From a virus (lineage: Duplodnaviria; Caudoviricetes): a stretch of 63,869 nt of DNA. The translations under genes and the position numbers were made by a program. The stretch is taken from positions 1 to 63,869 of the IMG/VR virus record IMGVR_UViG_3300017967_000018. One strand, written 5' to 3'. The notes below the pieces were generated by a model. That model worked only from the letters and a program-made list of their open reading frames with translations. It was not told the origin of the DNA and made no database searches. Numbering within the stretch: position 1 is the first letter of the stretch; every line of letters starts with the position of its first letter. Of the stretch, positions 8,658 through 18,525 are shown piece after piece.

Positions 8658-11600
8658 TTATTTGAACTTTCTGAATAAATCTTCGTTTGTTAATGCTGCT
8701 TCTTCCGATTGAGTATGTAGTTTGAACATTCCCATGATTTGCTCTTTCAAGCCTGGTTCTTGCTGTTCATTTACACTTGCAGTCTTTTCCATGACTATGG
8801 CTTTCTCGAAGCCATCAGGCCCTGATGGTAACCCAGGCTGAGGAGCTAGAGCTAATGTTTCAATTGCTTCTAGTGCCTCGGTAGTGAATCCAGAAAGTTC
8901 AGCGATCTTGGCTGGAAGGTCACCAACTTGGATCTTTCCAGCTTGAAGAAGCTTGCCAGCAACCTTAGTTGCCTTTTCTGAACCAGCTACCTTGGGTTCT
9001 GAACTGCCACTAGCAGTTACAGAGCTATTATTGCTTGAAATGCCTTGCATTTCATCTGTCTTTTCAGACTTAATTTTATCATTGTCCTTTTCATGTCCCA
9101 TTCTTGCATCAGCAGTAGGAACATCAGGAGTGTCTTTTTCAGTTGGTCTGTCACCAATGCTGTCTTTTTCGTTTCCTAGGAATTGGTCTGCATCTTTAGC
9201 AGTTCCTTCTGGGTACTTTTCTGCCTTTGGAACAGATCCGATGCTATCTTTTTCTCCACCCATCATGGATGAGTCGCCAGCACTATGAGGCTTAGTGTCT
9301 TCATCGTCTTGGTTTTGCTTTACTTCAACCTTGGATTCATTTGCTTCTTTGATCTTTAGAATGTTTTCTGCAAGAGCAGTTAGTCTATCCTTAGTAGAAG
9401 CAGACTTGCCTTGTCCATCAGTTCCGCCAGTTGCCTTGTCAGTTAATTCGCTGTCAAGTTCTTCTTCTCCCATCTTTGCATCGCCAGTGTGAACATCTGC
9501 ATGCTCTTCCTTAGTCAACTCTTTGTTGTCTTTTTCGTGCTTGATGGTAGCGTCTCCGCTTGGAACCTTTGGGCTATCTGCTGAGAATGATTCTTCAGCA
9601 CCCATTGAACTGTTTTTCCAGTCAGCGGCACCAGCATCTTTAGCAGCATCTTGTGCTGTTTCGACGCTAACTTTGCCTGCTTGCTTTTGAAGAGCAGCCA
9701 TTACCGTAGAAAGATCTAGGTTAACTTCTCCAACTTTTCCTACTCTGCCTCTTCTCAAGTTGCTTGCCTCCTGGTACATTTTCATTTCCTGTTCGTCTTC
9801 ATCCTCTTCGCCGACCTTTTCGACGCGCCCTTCTTCGTTTTCAAGATCATGGACTCCTGGGATTGAATCGGTTGTATCTTCTTTATTGTCATCATCTTCT
9901 GAATTTCCTTCTTTTTCTTCCATATTTTCTTCAATTTTTTCTCTTCTGTTGCCAAGATATTCATCAGAGTCATCTACATCGCCATCGTTGTCGATGTCAT
10001 CATCTTCTTCTCCAACTGGATCTAAAGCATCTTTCTCACCGCATTCCATGGCTTTTTCTTCTTCTGGAGCGTCCATCATTTCTTTTTCTTCTGGATCACA
10101 GCATCCTTCCATAGACTTGTCTTCGATGACTTCGTCTACGATTTCTGCTGCGCCAACTTCTGGACTTTCAGGAGTTTCTTCTACAAGAGTTTCTCCGTCT
10201 AACTCTCCATCAGCAAGAATATCTTCTGCAACTTCATCAGCATCATGATGCTCTTCTGCTGCAATTTCTTCTGCCGAATCGCCTAGTTCTGCGTCTAGGG
10301 CTCTGTCTACTTCTTCGACCTTGCCAAGATTCTTGACTAGAGTTACTAGAGCATCAGTTACTTCCTCTCCGCTCTTGTCATCATCAAATGGATCGGTGTC
10401 ATCAGATGGATCATTGTCTGGACCCATTGGGCCTTCTTCGATTTCAATTATAGCAACTTCATCAGCTAGATTGTCATCAAACTGGGCGTAAAGATCACGC
10501 AGCTTGTCGCAAGCAAATTCTGCCTGCTTCATTGTGAAGCCTTCTCTGATTCTGTCTTCTTTGCATTCTTCGCAACCATCTTTTTCTGACCAAATATCTG
10601 CAACTTTCATCACAGCTATTGTAGAATTAATTCCTGCGGTCTTCATTCTTTCGCATACACATTCTGCAAGAGGCTTGCCTTCACAAGGTCCGCTTAGAGC
10701 AAGTGCGTTCTCGCCATATCTTCTAGCGATCTTTTCCATGCACTCTTCAGTTGGGAACTTGTCTTCGCTTTGTACTTGAGCAGTCTTAACGATAGACTCA
10801 ACAATACTTTCTTGGGCAGAAGCAGTCTTAACAGTTTCTAGAAGATTCTTTTCCTTAAGATCAATTACAACCTTAGCCTTTTCAGACCAATCCATGCTTT
10901 CGAATGCTTCGGTTTCAATTCCAGCCTTCTTAAGAACGCTAGCAAATGCCTTCTTGCTTCTGCTGCAAGAATCGCATCCAGCACTAGTTAGAGGGCTTAC
11001 TGGATTCCAAGATAACTGAGCATAGATGTTCTTAGGGTCTTTGGAATCAGCTAGGATTTCGTAGTCATAAGTAATATTTGTGTCTTTGCAAAGCATAGTT
11101 CCTTCTAGAGCATTGCCAGCAACTCTTACAGTGTTAGTAGAGCCAGTAATTGGGCTTACAGAAGCAGGAGCCTTGCCAGCCTTCTTGGCAATTTCAGGAG
11201 TGATCTTTACAGTGGTAGCAAACTTGGTGAATTTGATTCCTTCTTCGCTTGCTGCTGCGGCTGGCATTCCGCCACCCATTCCAGCATCCATTCCAGGACC
11301 CATGGTTGGGGCTTCTTCTGGAAGCTCTACTCCTTCACCAGCAAAATCTTCTTCTTTGTCTTCACCATCTTCAGATTCTTCAATAAGACCTGGGTACTTA
11401 GTGATTTCCAAAAGAACCTTGTAGTTGAATTCAGCGCCACAATTGTTGCACTTGCCCTTCCCGTCAACAATGTCAACATCTTCAGATCCACAAACTGGGC
11501 ATACAGCACCAGGAGGCTTAGGCATCTTGTCATCGTCTTCCATAGAGGCGTCTTGCTCTTCCATAGGGGAGTCTTCAAAACTTTCTACTGGACTTCCCAT

Positions 11601-14396
11601 TCCCATGCCCATACCGTCAGCTCCAGGAGCTGCTGCTCCCATGCCAGCACCAGGAGCCTGAGAAGCACCTGCTTGTCCACCCATTTCTCCACCGAACAAC
11701 TGAGCTTCTCTAAGCATCTTTTCTCTCTTAGCTGCTCTTACTTCTTTTTCGCTAGAAGCAGTCTTGGTAATTTTGCCTTCTTTTGCTGCTTCTTTATTAA
11801 GAGAATTGTTAAGGCTAGCAAGAGCAACCTTTTCGTCTTCTGTAAGCTTAGAAGTTTCTTTTACAAACGCAAAGGCCATATCGTTGTCATCAGTTTCAAT
11901 CTTTAGAAGAGAAAGATCAACGTCATCGCCAATTTCTCCTCTAACTCCTGCAAAAGCAAGAGCGCGAGCCTGCTTTACAAACTGTTCTTTATTATCAGTG
12001 CTTGCCGAAACTTCGGAAAGAGGGAATACAAACTCGTATTCGCCATCTGGATCACGATCTAGAACTTCAAGAGCCTTCTCAATTTGAGCCTTCTTGCTTA
12101 GAGTAGTTTCTTCTTTCTTGGATTCTTTCTTCTGCTTAGATAATTCTTCAGCCTTCTTAAAGGACTTGTCATTGTCTAGAACAGAAGCAACAGTATCAAT
12201 AAGGTCAGAAGCAGACATGTCTTCTAGGTTTCCAGCCATAGATAGCATAAGAGCGTCTACAGGAGAAATTTGAGAAGCAGTCTTAATTCCAAAGTAGTTA
12301 AATCTTTCGCTTTCAGATGCAAGAGACTCTTTCTTATAAGGAGCAGCGTTAACAAGAACGCCAGCGGTTGCTTTGTCCTTTTCTGCGCTGATTGTTGCAA
12401 TTGCCTTCTTTAATTCATTAGGGGTTTTGCCGTAGTTACGGATAGTATCTGCTACAGATTCCATAGCAGACTTAATTAGTCTATCAATATTATCTTGGAA
12501 AGCCCATCTTTCTAGGGTCATTGGTTGATCTTCGAACTGCTTCTCAGTAATTACTTCAGGAAGGATATATCTGTGGTGAGAAAGAAAATCTCCAAGTTGC
12601 TTCTCAGTAATATGTTCACTTTGGTCAGTGTTTAACTGTGCGCCAACTGCTCTAGAAATGTCAGTCCATTGCTTTTCGGTGATAACGTCAGGAAGCTGGT
12701 CCCATCTGCAAATGCATCCACTTTGAATGGTTTCAAGCTGTTTCTCAGTAATAACTTCGTAAGCTTCTGTTCTCTTAAGAGGAGTTTCAGTTGTAGTGCG
12801 ATTTACATCTGGGGTATCTGATAGCTGTTTCTCAACAATTACTTCAGGAGAATATACATCTCTAGAACCTGCGTAATCGTCACCAGATTTCTCTGCTAAC
12901 TGCTTTTCAGTAATGTGGTCCGTACTTTGATGTCCTTCAACACCATAAGCGGCCTCTTTAACTTGTTCGCCTTCTGTATTTCCTTGTTTTTCTGCCATTT
13001 TTTGGGACTCCATTTCTGATTGTGTTGTTAAAGTTTTATTTTCAGCGTTGTTAGCAGACAACCCTGCTTCTCGTTGTTTTCTACTCTCTGTAGAAAAATC
13101 CTTTATTTTTTTCTCATTTTCGGCAAACTTAGGCTTCGTCACACTTCCTATTCCCTGCTCTAAACCACCAGACTCAAAGGATGTGGGTTGTGGAGGAGCG
13201 GTCTGTTTCTGCTGCTGTTCTGGTGTAACTCCTGATTCTACAGATGTTTCTGATCCTTCTAGTGTAGAAACATTTGCATTATTTATTGATTGAATATCTG
13301 GAGATGGCAACTGGGCATATCCATTATCGATTAGTTCATCAGTTACAGATTGAATGTCAGATAGAGATTTAACTAGATCAGACACATATTCCATGGAAAC
13401 ATGCTCTTTTTGTGCCATCATAGACTTGGCTACTTTTTCAAGCTTATCCATTGCAGCAGTTAGCTCATTAAGCTCGTCTTTGCCAGCGTATTTTTTCAAA
13501 TTGCAAGCCCCAGTGCTGCAAGAGGCAACTTTCTTAAAATTGCCAAATACTTCAACTGCACTAGCGACTTTCTGTTGAATTGTGCCAGTATTAAGAACTT
13601 CTTGAACTAAGCACTCAGGGCAAGCTGGGTTTACTACGAAAGAATCTTCGATAAATCTAATGCCAAAGTTGTGTTCATAAACTTTCTGAGATTCGTGAAC
13701 AATGTTTCCATCAGAGTCTGTAGCTACTTTGATTGGACATTTGTCATAGCCCTTAAGAGTAACGCCGTTTTCGCCGTATGCATTCTTTACTTTTCCAGAG
13801 AATGTTCTATTCTTTTGATTTCTAACGTGTGTGCAGTAGTGGTCTGGAGTTTCTGCAACATTAAGGCAAACAGAGCATACAGAAGCTTCTACAGAGCATC
13901 CCATAGATGTTCCAATGATGTAACCTTCTTCGATTCCTCTTGCCAGAGAAGGATAAGCAATAGAATCTACCATGTTAATAGTGTAGATTCCGCCAACCTC
14001 TTCGTCGTACCAAGCGTGTACAACTTTGCCTCTGGCGTTTTCAATATTATCGTTTTGGTGGTTGCAGAAGACAGGGACGCCAATGAAGGTATGAGCAGAC
14101 TTCTTTAGTTCCTCTTCTGGGAATGCGTCACCATTTTCGTTGACTTCATTCTTTTTGATTGCTAATACTTTTGTGTATAAGAAATCTGGATTTTTGTTTA
14201 TTTCGGCTTCAATATCAAAGCCGTTTAAATCGATTTCACCTTTGTAAAGTTTTGCTGACTTTTCTAGTGGTTTTTTAAATTCATCAGAGAATACATCCCA
14301 TCCATTGCCGCTGGGTACGTTCAGGGCTGCAATATCATGTTTCGTTTCATGTTCAAAGCCGTGAACTTCACCGCTTGCTTTTTTAATAAAACCCAT
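8658..14396 (-). CDS. 1912-aa prohead maturation protease-scaffold polyprotein
   Basis: N-terminal HK97/herpes-like (clan SH) protease motifs FCNHQ, GTSMG, IEDSFVVNPA; long acidic C-terminal region; lies between portal and MCP. Confidence 0.8.
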   Translation of the reverse strand: MGFIKKASGEVHGFEHETKHDIAALNVPSGNGWDVFSDEFKKPLEKSAKLYKGEIDLNGFDIEAEINKNPDFLYTKVLAIKKNEVNENGDAFPEEELKKSAHTFIGVPVFCNHQNDNIENARGKVVHAWYDEEVGGIYTINMVDSIAYPSLARGIEEGYIIGTSMGCSVEASVCSVCLNVAETPDHYCTHVRNQKNRTFSGKVKNAYGENGVTLKGYDKCPIKVATDSDGNIVHESQKVYEHNFGIRFIEDSFVVNPACPECLVQEVLNTGTIQQKVASAVEVFGNFKKVASCSTGACNLKKYAGKDELNELTAAMDKLEKVAKSMMAQKEHVSMEYVSDLVKSLSDIQSVTDELIDNGYAQLPSPDIQSINNANVSTLEGSETSVESGVTPEQQQKQTAPPQPTSFESGGLEQGIGSVTKPKFAENEKKIKDFSTESRKQREAGLSANNAENKTLTTQSEMESQKMAEKQGNTEGEQVKEAAYGVEGHQSTDHITEKQLAEKSGDDYAGSRDVYSPEVIVEKQLSDTPDVNRTTTETPLKRTEAYEVITEKQLETIQSGCICRWDQLPDVITEKQWTDISRAVGAQLNTDQSEHITEKQLGDFLSHHRYILPEVITEKQFEDQPMTLERWAFQDNIDRLIKSAMESVADTIRNYGKTPNELKKAIATISAEKDKATAGVLVNAAPYKKESLASESERFNYFGIKTASQISPVDALMLSMAGNLEDMSASDLIDTVASVLDNDKSFKKAEELSKQKKESKKEETTLSKKAQIEKALEVLDRDPDGEYEFVFPLSEVSASTDNKEQFVKQARALAFAGVRGEIGDDVDLSLLKIETDDNDMAFAFVKETSKLTEDEKVALASLNNSLNKEAAKEGKITKTASSEKEVRAAKREKMLREAQLFGGEMGGQAGASQAPGAGMGAAAPGADGMGMGMGSPVESFEDSPMEEQDASMEDDDKMPKPPGAVCPVCGSEDVDIVDGKGKCNNCGAEFNYKVLLEITKYPGLIEESEDGEDKEEDFAGEGVELPEEAPTMGPGMDAGMGGGMPAAAASEEGIKFTKFATTVKITPEIAKKAGKAPASVSPITGSTNTVRVAGNALEGTMLCKDTNITYDYEILADSKDPKNIYAQLSWNPVSPLTSAGCDSCSRSKKAFASVLKKAGIETEAFESMDWSEKAKVVIDLKEKNLLETVKTASAQESIVESIVKTAQVQSEDKFPTEECMEKIARRYGENALALSGPCEGKPLAECVCERMKTAGINSTIAVMKVADIWSEKDGCEECKEDRIREGFTMKQAEFACDKLRDLYAQFDDNLADEVAIIEIEEGPMGPDNDPSDDTDPFDDDKSGEEVTDALVTLVKNLGKVEEVDRALDAELGDSAEEIAAEEHHDADEVAEDILADGELDGETLVEETPESPEVGAAEIVDEVIEDKSMEGCCDPEEKEMMDAPEEEKAMECGEKDALDPVGEEDDDIDNDGDVDDSDEYLGNRREKIEENMEEKEGNSEDDDNKEDTTDSIPGVHDLENEEGRVEKVGEEDEDEQEMKMYQEASNLRRGRVGKVGEVNLDLSTVMAALQKQAGKVSVETAQDAAKDAGAADWKNSSMGAEESFSADSPKVPSGDATIKHEKDNKELTKEEHADVHTGDAKMGEEELDSELTDKATGGTDGQGKSASTKDRLTALAENILKIKEANESKVEVKQNQDDEDTKPHSAGDSSMMGGEKDSIGSVPKAEKYPEGTAKDADQFLGNEKDSIGDRPTEKDTPDVPTADARMGHEKDNDKIKSEKTDEMQGISSNNSSVTASGSSEPKVAGSEKATKVAGKLLQAGKIQVGDLPAKIAELSGFTTEALEAIETLALAPQPGLPSGPDGFEKAIVMEKTASVNEQQEPGLKEQIMGMFKLHTQSEEAALTNEDLFRKFK
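12530..12925 (-). repeat. Six [HV]I[TV]EKQ[LWF] peptide repeats within the polyprotein
   Basis: HITEKQL, VIVEKQL, VITEKQL, VITEKQW, HITEKQL, VITEKQF; DNA TTCTCAGTAA recurs near 12541, 12601, 12742. Confidence 0.85.
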
Positions 14397-14475
14397 AATT
14401 TCATCCTTATGTTAAAAGTATACAACTGCTCATTTATCTACATTGGAAATAAAGAGTTAAAAATCCTTTATTTAA

Positions 14476-15321
14476 TTAGCCTTTTATGAAGGGCTTTTTA
14501 GTTAAATATTTAATAGCTCTTTCTAGAACAGAGATGTCATCGTCAAATATCCCAAGTCCCCAGTTGCAATTTTTACACAAAAGCCCTCTTACTTTTCCAC
14601 TTTCATGATTGTGGTCTACATATAAAAAGTCTGTTTTAGAACTATGTAAGCCACAGATTGCACAAGAGCCCTTTTGAAGTTTAAATAATTTTTTATATTC
14701 TATTGCAGAAATGTTATAATTTATAGATAGCCTTTCTATTTTTGCACATTCTTTGCACCTTGGCTTCCTACCTAAAACACCTATTTTTGACTTGCTAAAT
14801 AAATCTATATTTTTTCTTTCTTTACATAGTGTACATACTTTGGAATCTTTATTTAAAATAAAACTATTTTTCTTATTAGTAACTATATTTAAATCAAATT
14901 CTGAACTAACACTGTCTATATTGTCGAATTTAGGATATAAAAGATAATTAATTGCGGCACGGACGCCTTGTATGTTATCTCCAAATTTACCTAGCCCCCT
15001 ATTACAGGGCTTGCATAACAAGCCTCGTATATTAATTTTTCCATAACTATCTGTATGATCTACACATAAATCTTCTTTGTGTGGTTTTGTTTTACATATT
15101 TCACAAGAATGGTTGCATGATTTTAATAAAGAATTATACTCTTCTTGAGAGATATTATAAAGTCTCTTTCTATTATAGTGTTTATTGGCAGCATTGTAAC
15201 AATCTTTACATTGGCCTCTACGATTGTATTTGCCTCTTTTGGAATATCCAAATTCATTCAGAGGTTTCTCTTGTTTACATTTTCCATTACACTTTTTTAA
15301 TATATCATTGCTTATTGCCAT
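14476..15321 (-). CDS. Tandem endonuclease VII-domain protein (probable homing endonuclease)
   Basis: Two copies of CxxC...VDH...RGLLCxxCN.GLG.F.D; AT-rich relative to neighbours. Confidence 0.85.
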   Translation of the reverse strand: MAISNDILKKCNGKCKQEKPLNEFGYSKRGKYNRRGQCKDCYNAANKHYNRKRLYNISQEEYNSLLKSCNHSCEICKTKPHKEDLCVDHTDSYGKINIRGLLCKPCNRGLGKFGDNIQGVRAAINYLLYPKFDNIDSVSSEFDLNIVTNKKNSFILNKDSKVCTLCKERKNIDLFSKSKIGVLGRKPRCKECAKIERLSINYNISAIEYKKLFKLQKGSCAICGLHSSKTDFLYVDHNHESGKVRGLLCKNCNWGLGIFDDDISVLERAIKYLTKKPFIKG

Positions 15322-15754
15322 ATTTATATTCTTTATTTTGACTGCCTTTTATGTGCCTAGGTATGTTAACACCATGCAGCGCAGATACGTCGTAATTAAC
15401 TTGATTTCTGTCAATAGGAGTTCCCCACATCTCATTGGCGTAGCTTAAAGCGCCAATGATACTGGTAAAATACTTACCAGAAGGAGCGTAAATCTTTTTT
15501 CTGTTCTCTTTTGGAGGGAGTCTTTTAATTCCTGCGAAAAACTGTTTTTGACCTTCTTTTGTTACGGCAGGGCCTACAATCACGAAATAATCACCGTTTG
15601 TAGAATAATCGTGACCTTCCCATCTTTGATACGCCCCATGTCCAATCTTTTTATCAAATCTTTTCTTTAGAGGTTCAGTCTTTTCGCCGTAATGCTCTTT
15701 CCAGTCAATGCCTCTTTCTCTAATTCTTTTTCTTCCAGCGTATATAATTCTCAT
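15305..15754 (-). CDS. Hypothetical head-module protein
   Basis: 149-aa ORF directly after the portal. Confidence 0.7.
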   Translation of the reverse strand: MRIIYAGRKRIRERGIDWKEHYGEKTEPLKKRFDKKIGHGAYQRWEGHDYSTNGDYFVIVGPAVTKEGQKQFFAGIKRLPPKENRKKIYAPSGKYFTSIIGALSYANEMWGTPIDRNQVNYDVSALHGVNIPRHIKGSQNKEYKYGNKQ

Positions 15755-15757
15755 TTA

Positions 15758-17992
15758 TTAAACCCCGATATACAAGCAATCGCCAATATTGACCCCATTA
15801 TAAGTTACAGGTTCAATCTTAAATTTGAGATTTTTATCATCAATTTCCTTTAAGTTTTTGAAATTATTGGTTGATTGAGCTAGTTTAATAAAGGCTTCAT
15901 CATTGTCTGCTTTCTTTTTCTTTCTTTGATTGGCAGCATCTAAAACATTGTCATATATAACTTTTTGAACTAAGTCCATATGTTCGTTTATGGCATTTTC
16001 ATTAAACCTTAAAATTCTCCATCCAATGTTAGCTAGCTTTTGATCTCTTTCGGCGTCTTTAGCCTTCAAGTCAGCAGCGGCATGCCACTTGTCCCCGTCA
16101 GCTTCAATGCCAACGCCAATTTGAGGGTATGCAAAATCAATTAAGAATGGCCTCTGTTGACCAGGAACCATAACCTCATATTGCAAGAATGCTTGATAAG
16201 GAATTTCAAGACTGTTTAATGAATTGGCTACTTTTATTTCTAGAGAAGTTAAAGGCACAGTTTTTTGCATAGGAGCCATCTGTTGAGGTTCTTCTTTCTT
16301 GCCAGATCCACCCTTCCCAACTTTAAATCCAGGAGGTACAGATCCAGCAGCAGCACCCATGCCGCCACCCATGTCGCCGCCCATGCCGCCGCCTAGATCT
16401 CCACCCATGCCGCCCATAGCACCGCCCATGCCACCACCCATGCCTCCTGGCATCATTTGCCCAAGGGCACCAGTGATAACGCTTTCTTCTCTAATCTCTT
16501 CAATCATTTGATCATAGTCAATGTCAAAGCCCTGAAGAAGCCTTCTGGCAGATATAAGTTTTTTATCAAATAGCTGTATGTCAAGCTGTCTTTGATTAGA
16601 ATCATCTCTAAGGTTCATGTCGTTCCACTTAATAGTAGGGCAAAGCCATTCAGTAACAGTGTTGTCGCCAAGCAATTCTCTCATTTCTTTTGTTTGCTCT
16701 TCATCAACAAATCCTTGCATCATAGAGATGGGTAAGAATATTTCATTTTCAATCCAGTCTTTAAGTTCTCTTCTCCAAGACTCAAGCCTCTGAGCCATAG
16801 CCTCGATACCAACCTGAGCCGAGCCATAACTAGGACCTTCTCCGTTAAGAAGAGATTGGTTAAGCATAAGACCGTCAAGTATTTCCTTGCCGATAATTTC
16901 CATTTCTTGAGCTATGTTATGAATCTTACCTGTAGCTCCGTGCCAATCGTAATCAATAGCGTGGTGAGTAACTAGCGTAAGGTTAGGGTCGTTTGCAACC
17001 TGTGCGAACTGAGCAGATACAGTTGCAAGGTCTTCTTCTCTAGCAGGACGATCACTGTCTCCAACCTTAACAAGCCTAACGGGAAGAATCAATCTTTCAG
17101 AAACGATCCAGTTCGCAGTCATAAGCTTTTGCTTATATGCAAGCATCATGAACAGTCTTCTCAGCATTGTCATGCCGTAAGTAGCATAATCTTTCTCATT
17201 AAATTTAATATGAGAAACGCATCTGTTAGAAAGTTGGATAGGAATTCCAGAAAGAACTTGTGCAATAAACTTCTGGTCCATCTTTTCAATAAGAGGTTTG
17301 TTTTGAGGGTTAGAAATTGTAGCTCTAAGTTCTTCATCTGGAACTAAGGAAATAACAGGCTCACTAGCAAGAGGATTTCTTCTTACATCAATAGATTCTG
17401 GGTTTAGAATAATAACTCTTTTAATGTTACCGCCAGGGTGAGAGCATGGCTGTCCATTGGGCAAGTATCCACTTCCTCCGCAATGTGCGCATTCAATCTC
17501 TTTGAAAGGAAATACATCTCCTAAAAGATTTCTTTCAAAAGAGATCATTGTGGCAATAGTTTCTATTCTAAGCCTCTTAACTACCTTCTCAAAATACTTA
17601 AGAACTTTCTTTGATTTACACTCTAACTTGAAACCGTTGATTGGGAATTGTGACAAAAAGTCAATGCCAGCGGCTACTTTTGGTTCATTTTCATACCAAA
17701 ATCTAGCCCACTGATAAATTTCACGACGTTTAGCAGCAATTTGCCAGTTTTGCGGAGTGTGCAAAGGCGAGAAGAACATAGGGTTAGCTTGAGTAACTCC
17801 ACCGCCAGACATAACTTGTGCCATTTTTCTTAGGCCTGGATCTACACTACTATGGGTGTGAGGAGTGGCTCTGACAGTGCTTGCAACAACTCCCTGAGGA
17901 GGTTGTTGAGGAGAGCTGTCTCCTGTTAGGGTTTTCATACCAGATAGTTTTTGTTTGGTATTATTGTCAGGTATATTGAATTTTATAGTCAT
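15758..17992 (-). CDS. Portal protein with Zn-knuckle insertion, GGM linker and C-terminal DUF559/Vsr-like domain
   Basis: Portal-like succession (R.WYENEP.V...ID, GDVF, HIKF...YG...L, P.IKW..MNLRD); CAHCGGSG insertion; C-terminal IDFAYP..GIEADG..WH...D.ERD..L...GWRILRF. Confidence 0.75.
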   Translation of the reverse strand: MTIKFNIPDNNTKQKLSGMKTLTGDSSPQQPPQGVVASTVRATPHTHSSVDPGLRKMAQVMSGGGVTQANPMFFSPLHTPQNWQIAAKRREIYQWARFWYENEPKVAAGIDFLSQFPINGFKLECKSKKVLKYFEKVVKRLRIETIATMISFERNLLGDVFPFKEIECAHCGGSGYLPNGQPCSHPGGNIKRVIILNPESIDVRRNPLASEPVISLVPDEELRATISNPQNKPLIEKMDQKFIAQVLSGIPIQLSNRCVSHIKFNEKDYATYGMTMLRRLFMMLAYKQKLMTANWIVSERLILPVRLVKVGDSDRPAREEDLATVSAQFAQVANDPNLTLVTHHAIDYDWHGATGKIHNIAQEMEIIGKEILDGLMLNQSLLNGEGPSYGSAQVGIEAMAQRLESWRRELKDWIENEIFLPISMMQGFVDEEQTKEMRELLGDNTVTEWLCPTIKWNDMNLRDDSNQRQLDIQLFDKKLISARRLLQGFDIDYDQMIEEIREESVITGALGQMMPGGMGGGMGGAMGGMGGDLGGGMGGDMGGGMGAAAGSVPPGFKVGKGGSGKKEEPQQMAPMQKTVPLTSLEIKVANSLNSLEIPYQAFLQYEVMVPGQQRPFLIDFAYPQIGVGIEADGDKWHAAADLKAKDAERDQKLANIGWRILRFNENAINEHMDLVQKVIYDNVLDAANQRKKKKADNDEAFIKLAQSTNNFKNLKEIDDKNLKFKIEPVTYNGVNIGDCLYIGV
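16355..16450 (-). repeat. Gly-Gly-Met tandem repeats in the portal linker
   Basis: MPGGMGGGMGGAMGGMGGDLGGGMGGDMGGGMG; CCGCCCATG-type DNA repeats. Confidence 0.85.
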
Positions 17993-17995
17993 TAA

Positions 17996-18421
17996 TTATT
18001 CTCCAGACAAATCTTTCCAAGTTTGATCTACAGACTCGTTATGATTTTTATCGGAATTTTCTTCAACTTCAGGATCGCTAAAACTTTTTTCTTCAGTTGG
18101 CTCTCCACCTATGTCTACCCTCCAAGGTTGCAATTTGTTATTAAACGGCTCTTTATCATCTTTAGATTTATTATCTAACAAAGCAGCCATTAGAGGAACG
18201 TTTCTCATTTGAGTAGGTGCTGAAGTAGATTTTTCATCTCTCTTTGTTTTCGGGTCGCCTTGAACGAAGCTATTGGAATTAGCATTGCAATTAGGACAGG
18301 CTGCACCTTTGCAGTCAACTCCACTTCCACAAATTCCGCAAGTGCAATATGGGCTTACATTGATATCATTGTGTAGCTGATGATAACCAGGAGGTTTTCT
18401 AGGCCCCTTGTTCGGGCTCAT
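17996..18421 (-). CDS. Zn-ribbon domain; probably the -1 frameshift extension of 18526..20361
   Basis: CTCGIC...CPNC; frame stays open upstream to the A10 run; ATG 18421 lacks an SD. Confidence 0.65.
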   Translation of the reverse strand: MSPNKGPRKPPGYHQLHNDINVSPYCTCGICGSGVDCKGAACPNCNANSNSFVQGDPKTKRDEKSTSAPTQMRNVPLMAALLDNKSKDDKEPFNNKLQPWRVDIGGEPTEEKSFSDPEVEENSDKNHNESVDQTWKDLSGE

Positions 18422-18525
18422 TGGCTTTAGTGCTGTTTTTGTTTTTGCTAGATTAAAAATGCCCTCATCAGAAGCTAAATCGTTATTGTCTTCTGAATGG
18501 CTCGATGGAGCATCCGCAATCGCAG

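Noticed and set aside
12530-12925. CRISPR-like spaced DNA repeats (TTCTCAGTAA)
   Set aside because: Short, degenerate at third positions and in frame (ITEKQ); no CRISPR array or cas gene seen in the window
8953-14108. Many plus-strand Ser/Phe/Leu-rich ORFs
   Set aside because: Antisense shadows of the acidic minus-strand polyprotein; same for those opposite 21732..22400 and other genes
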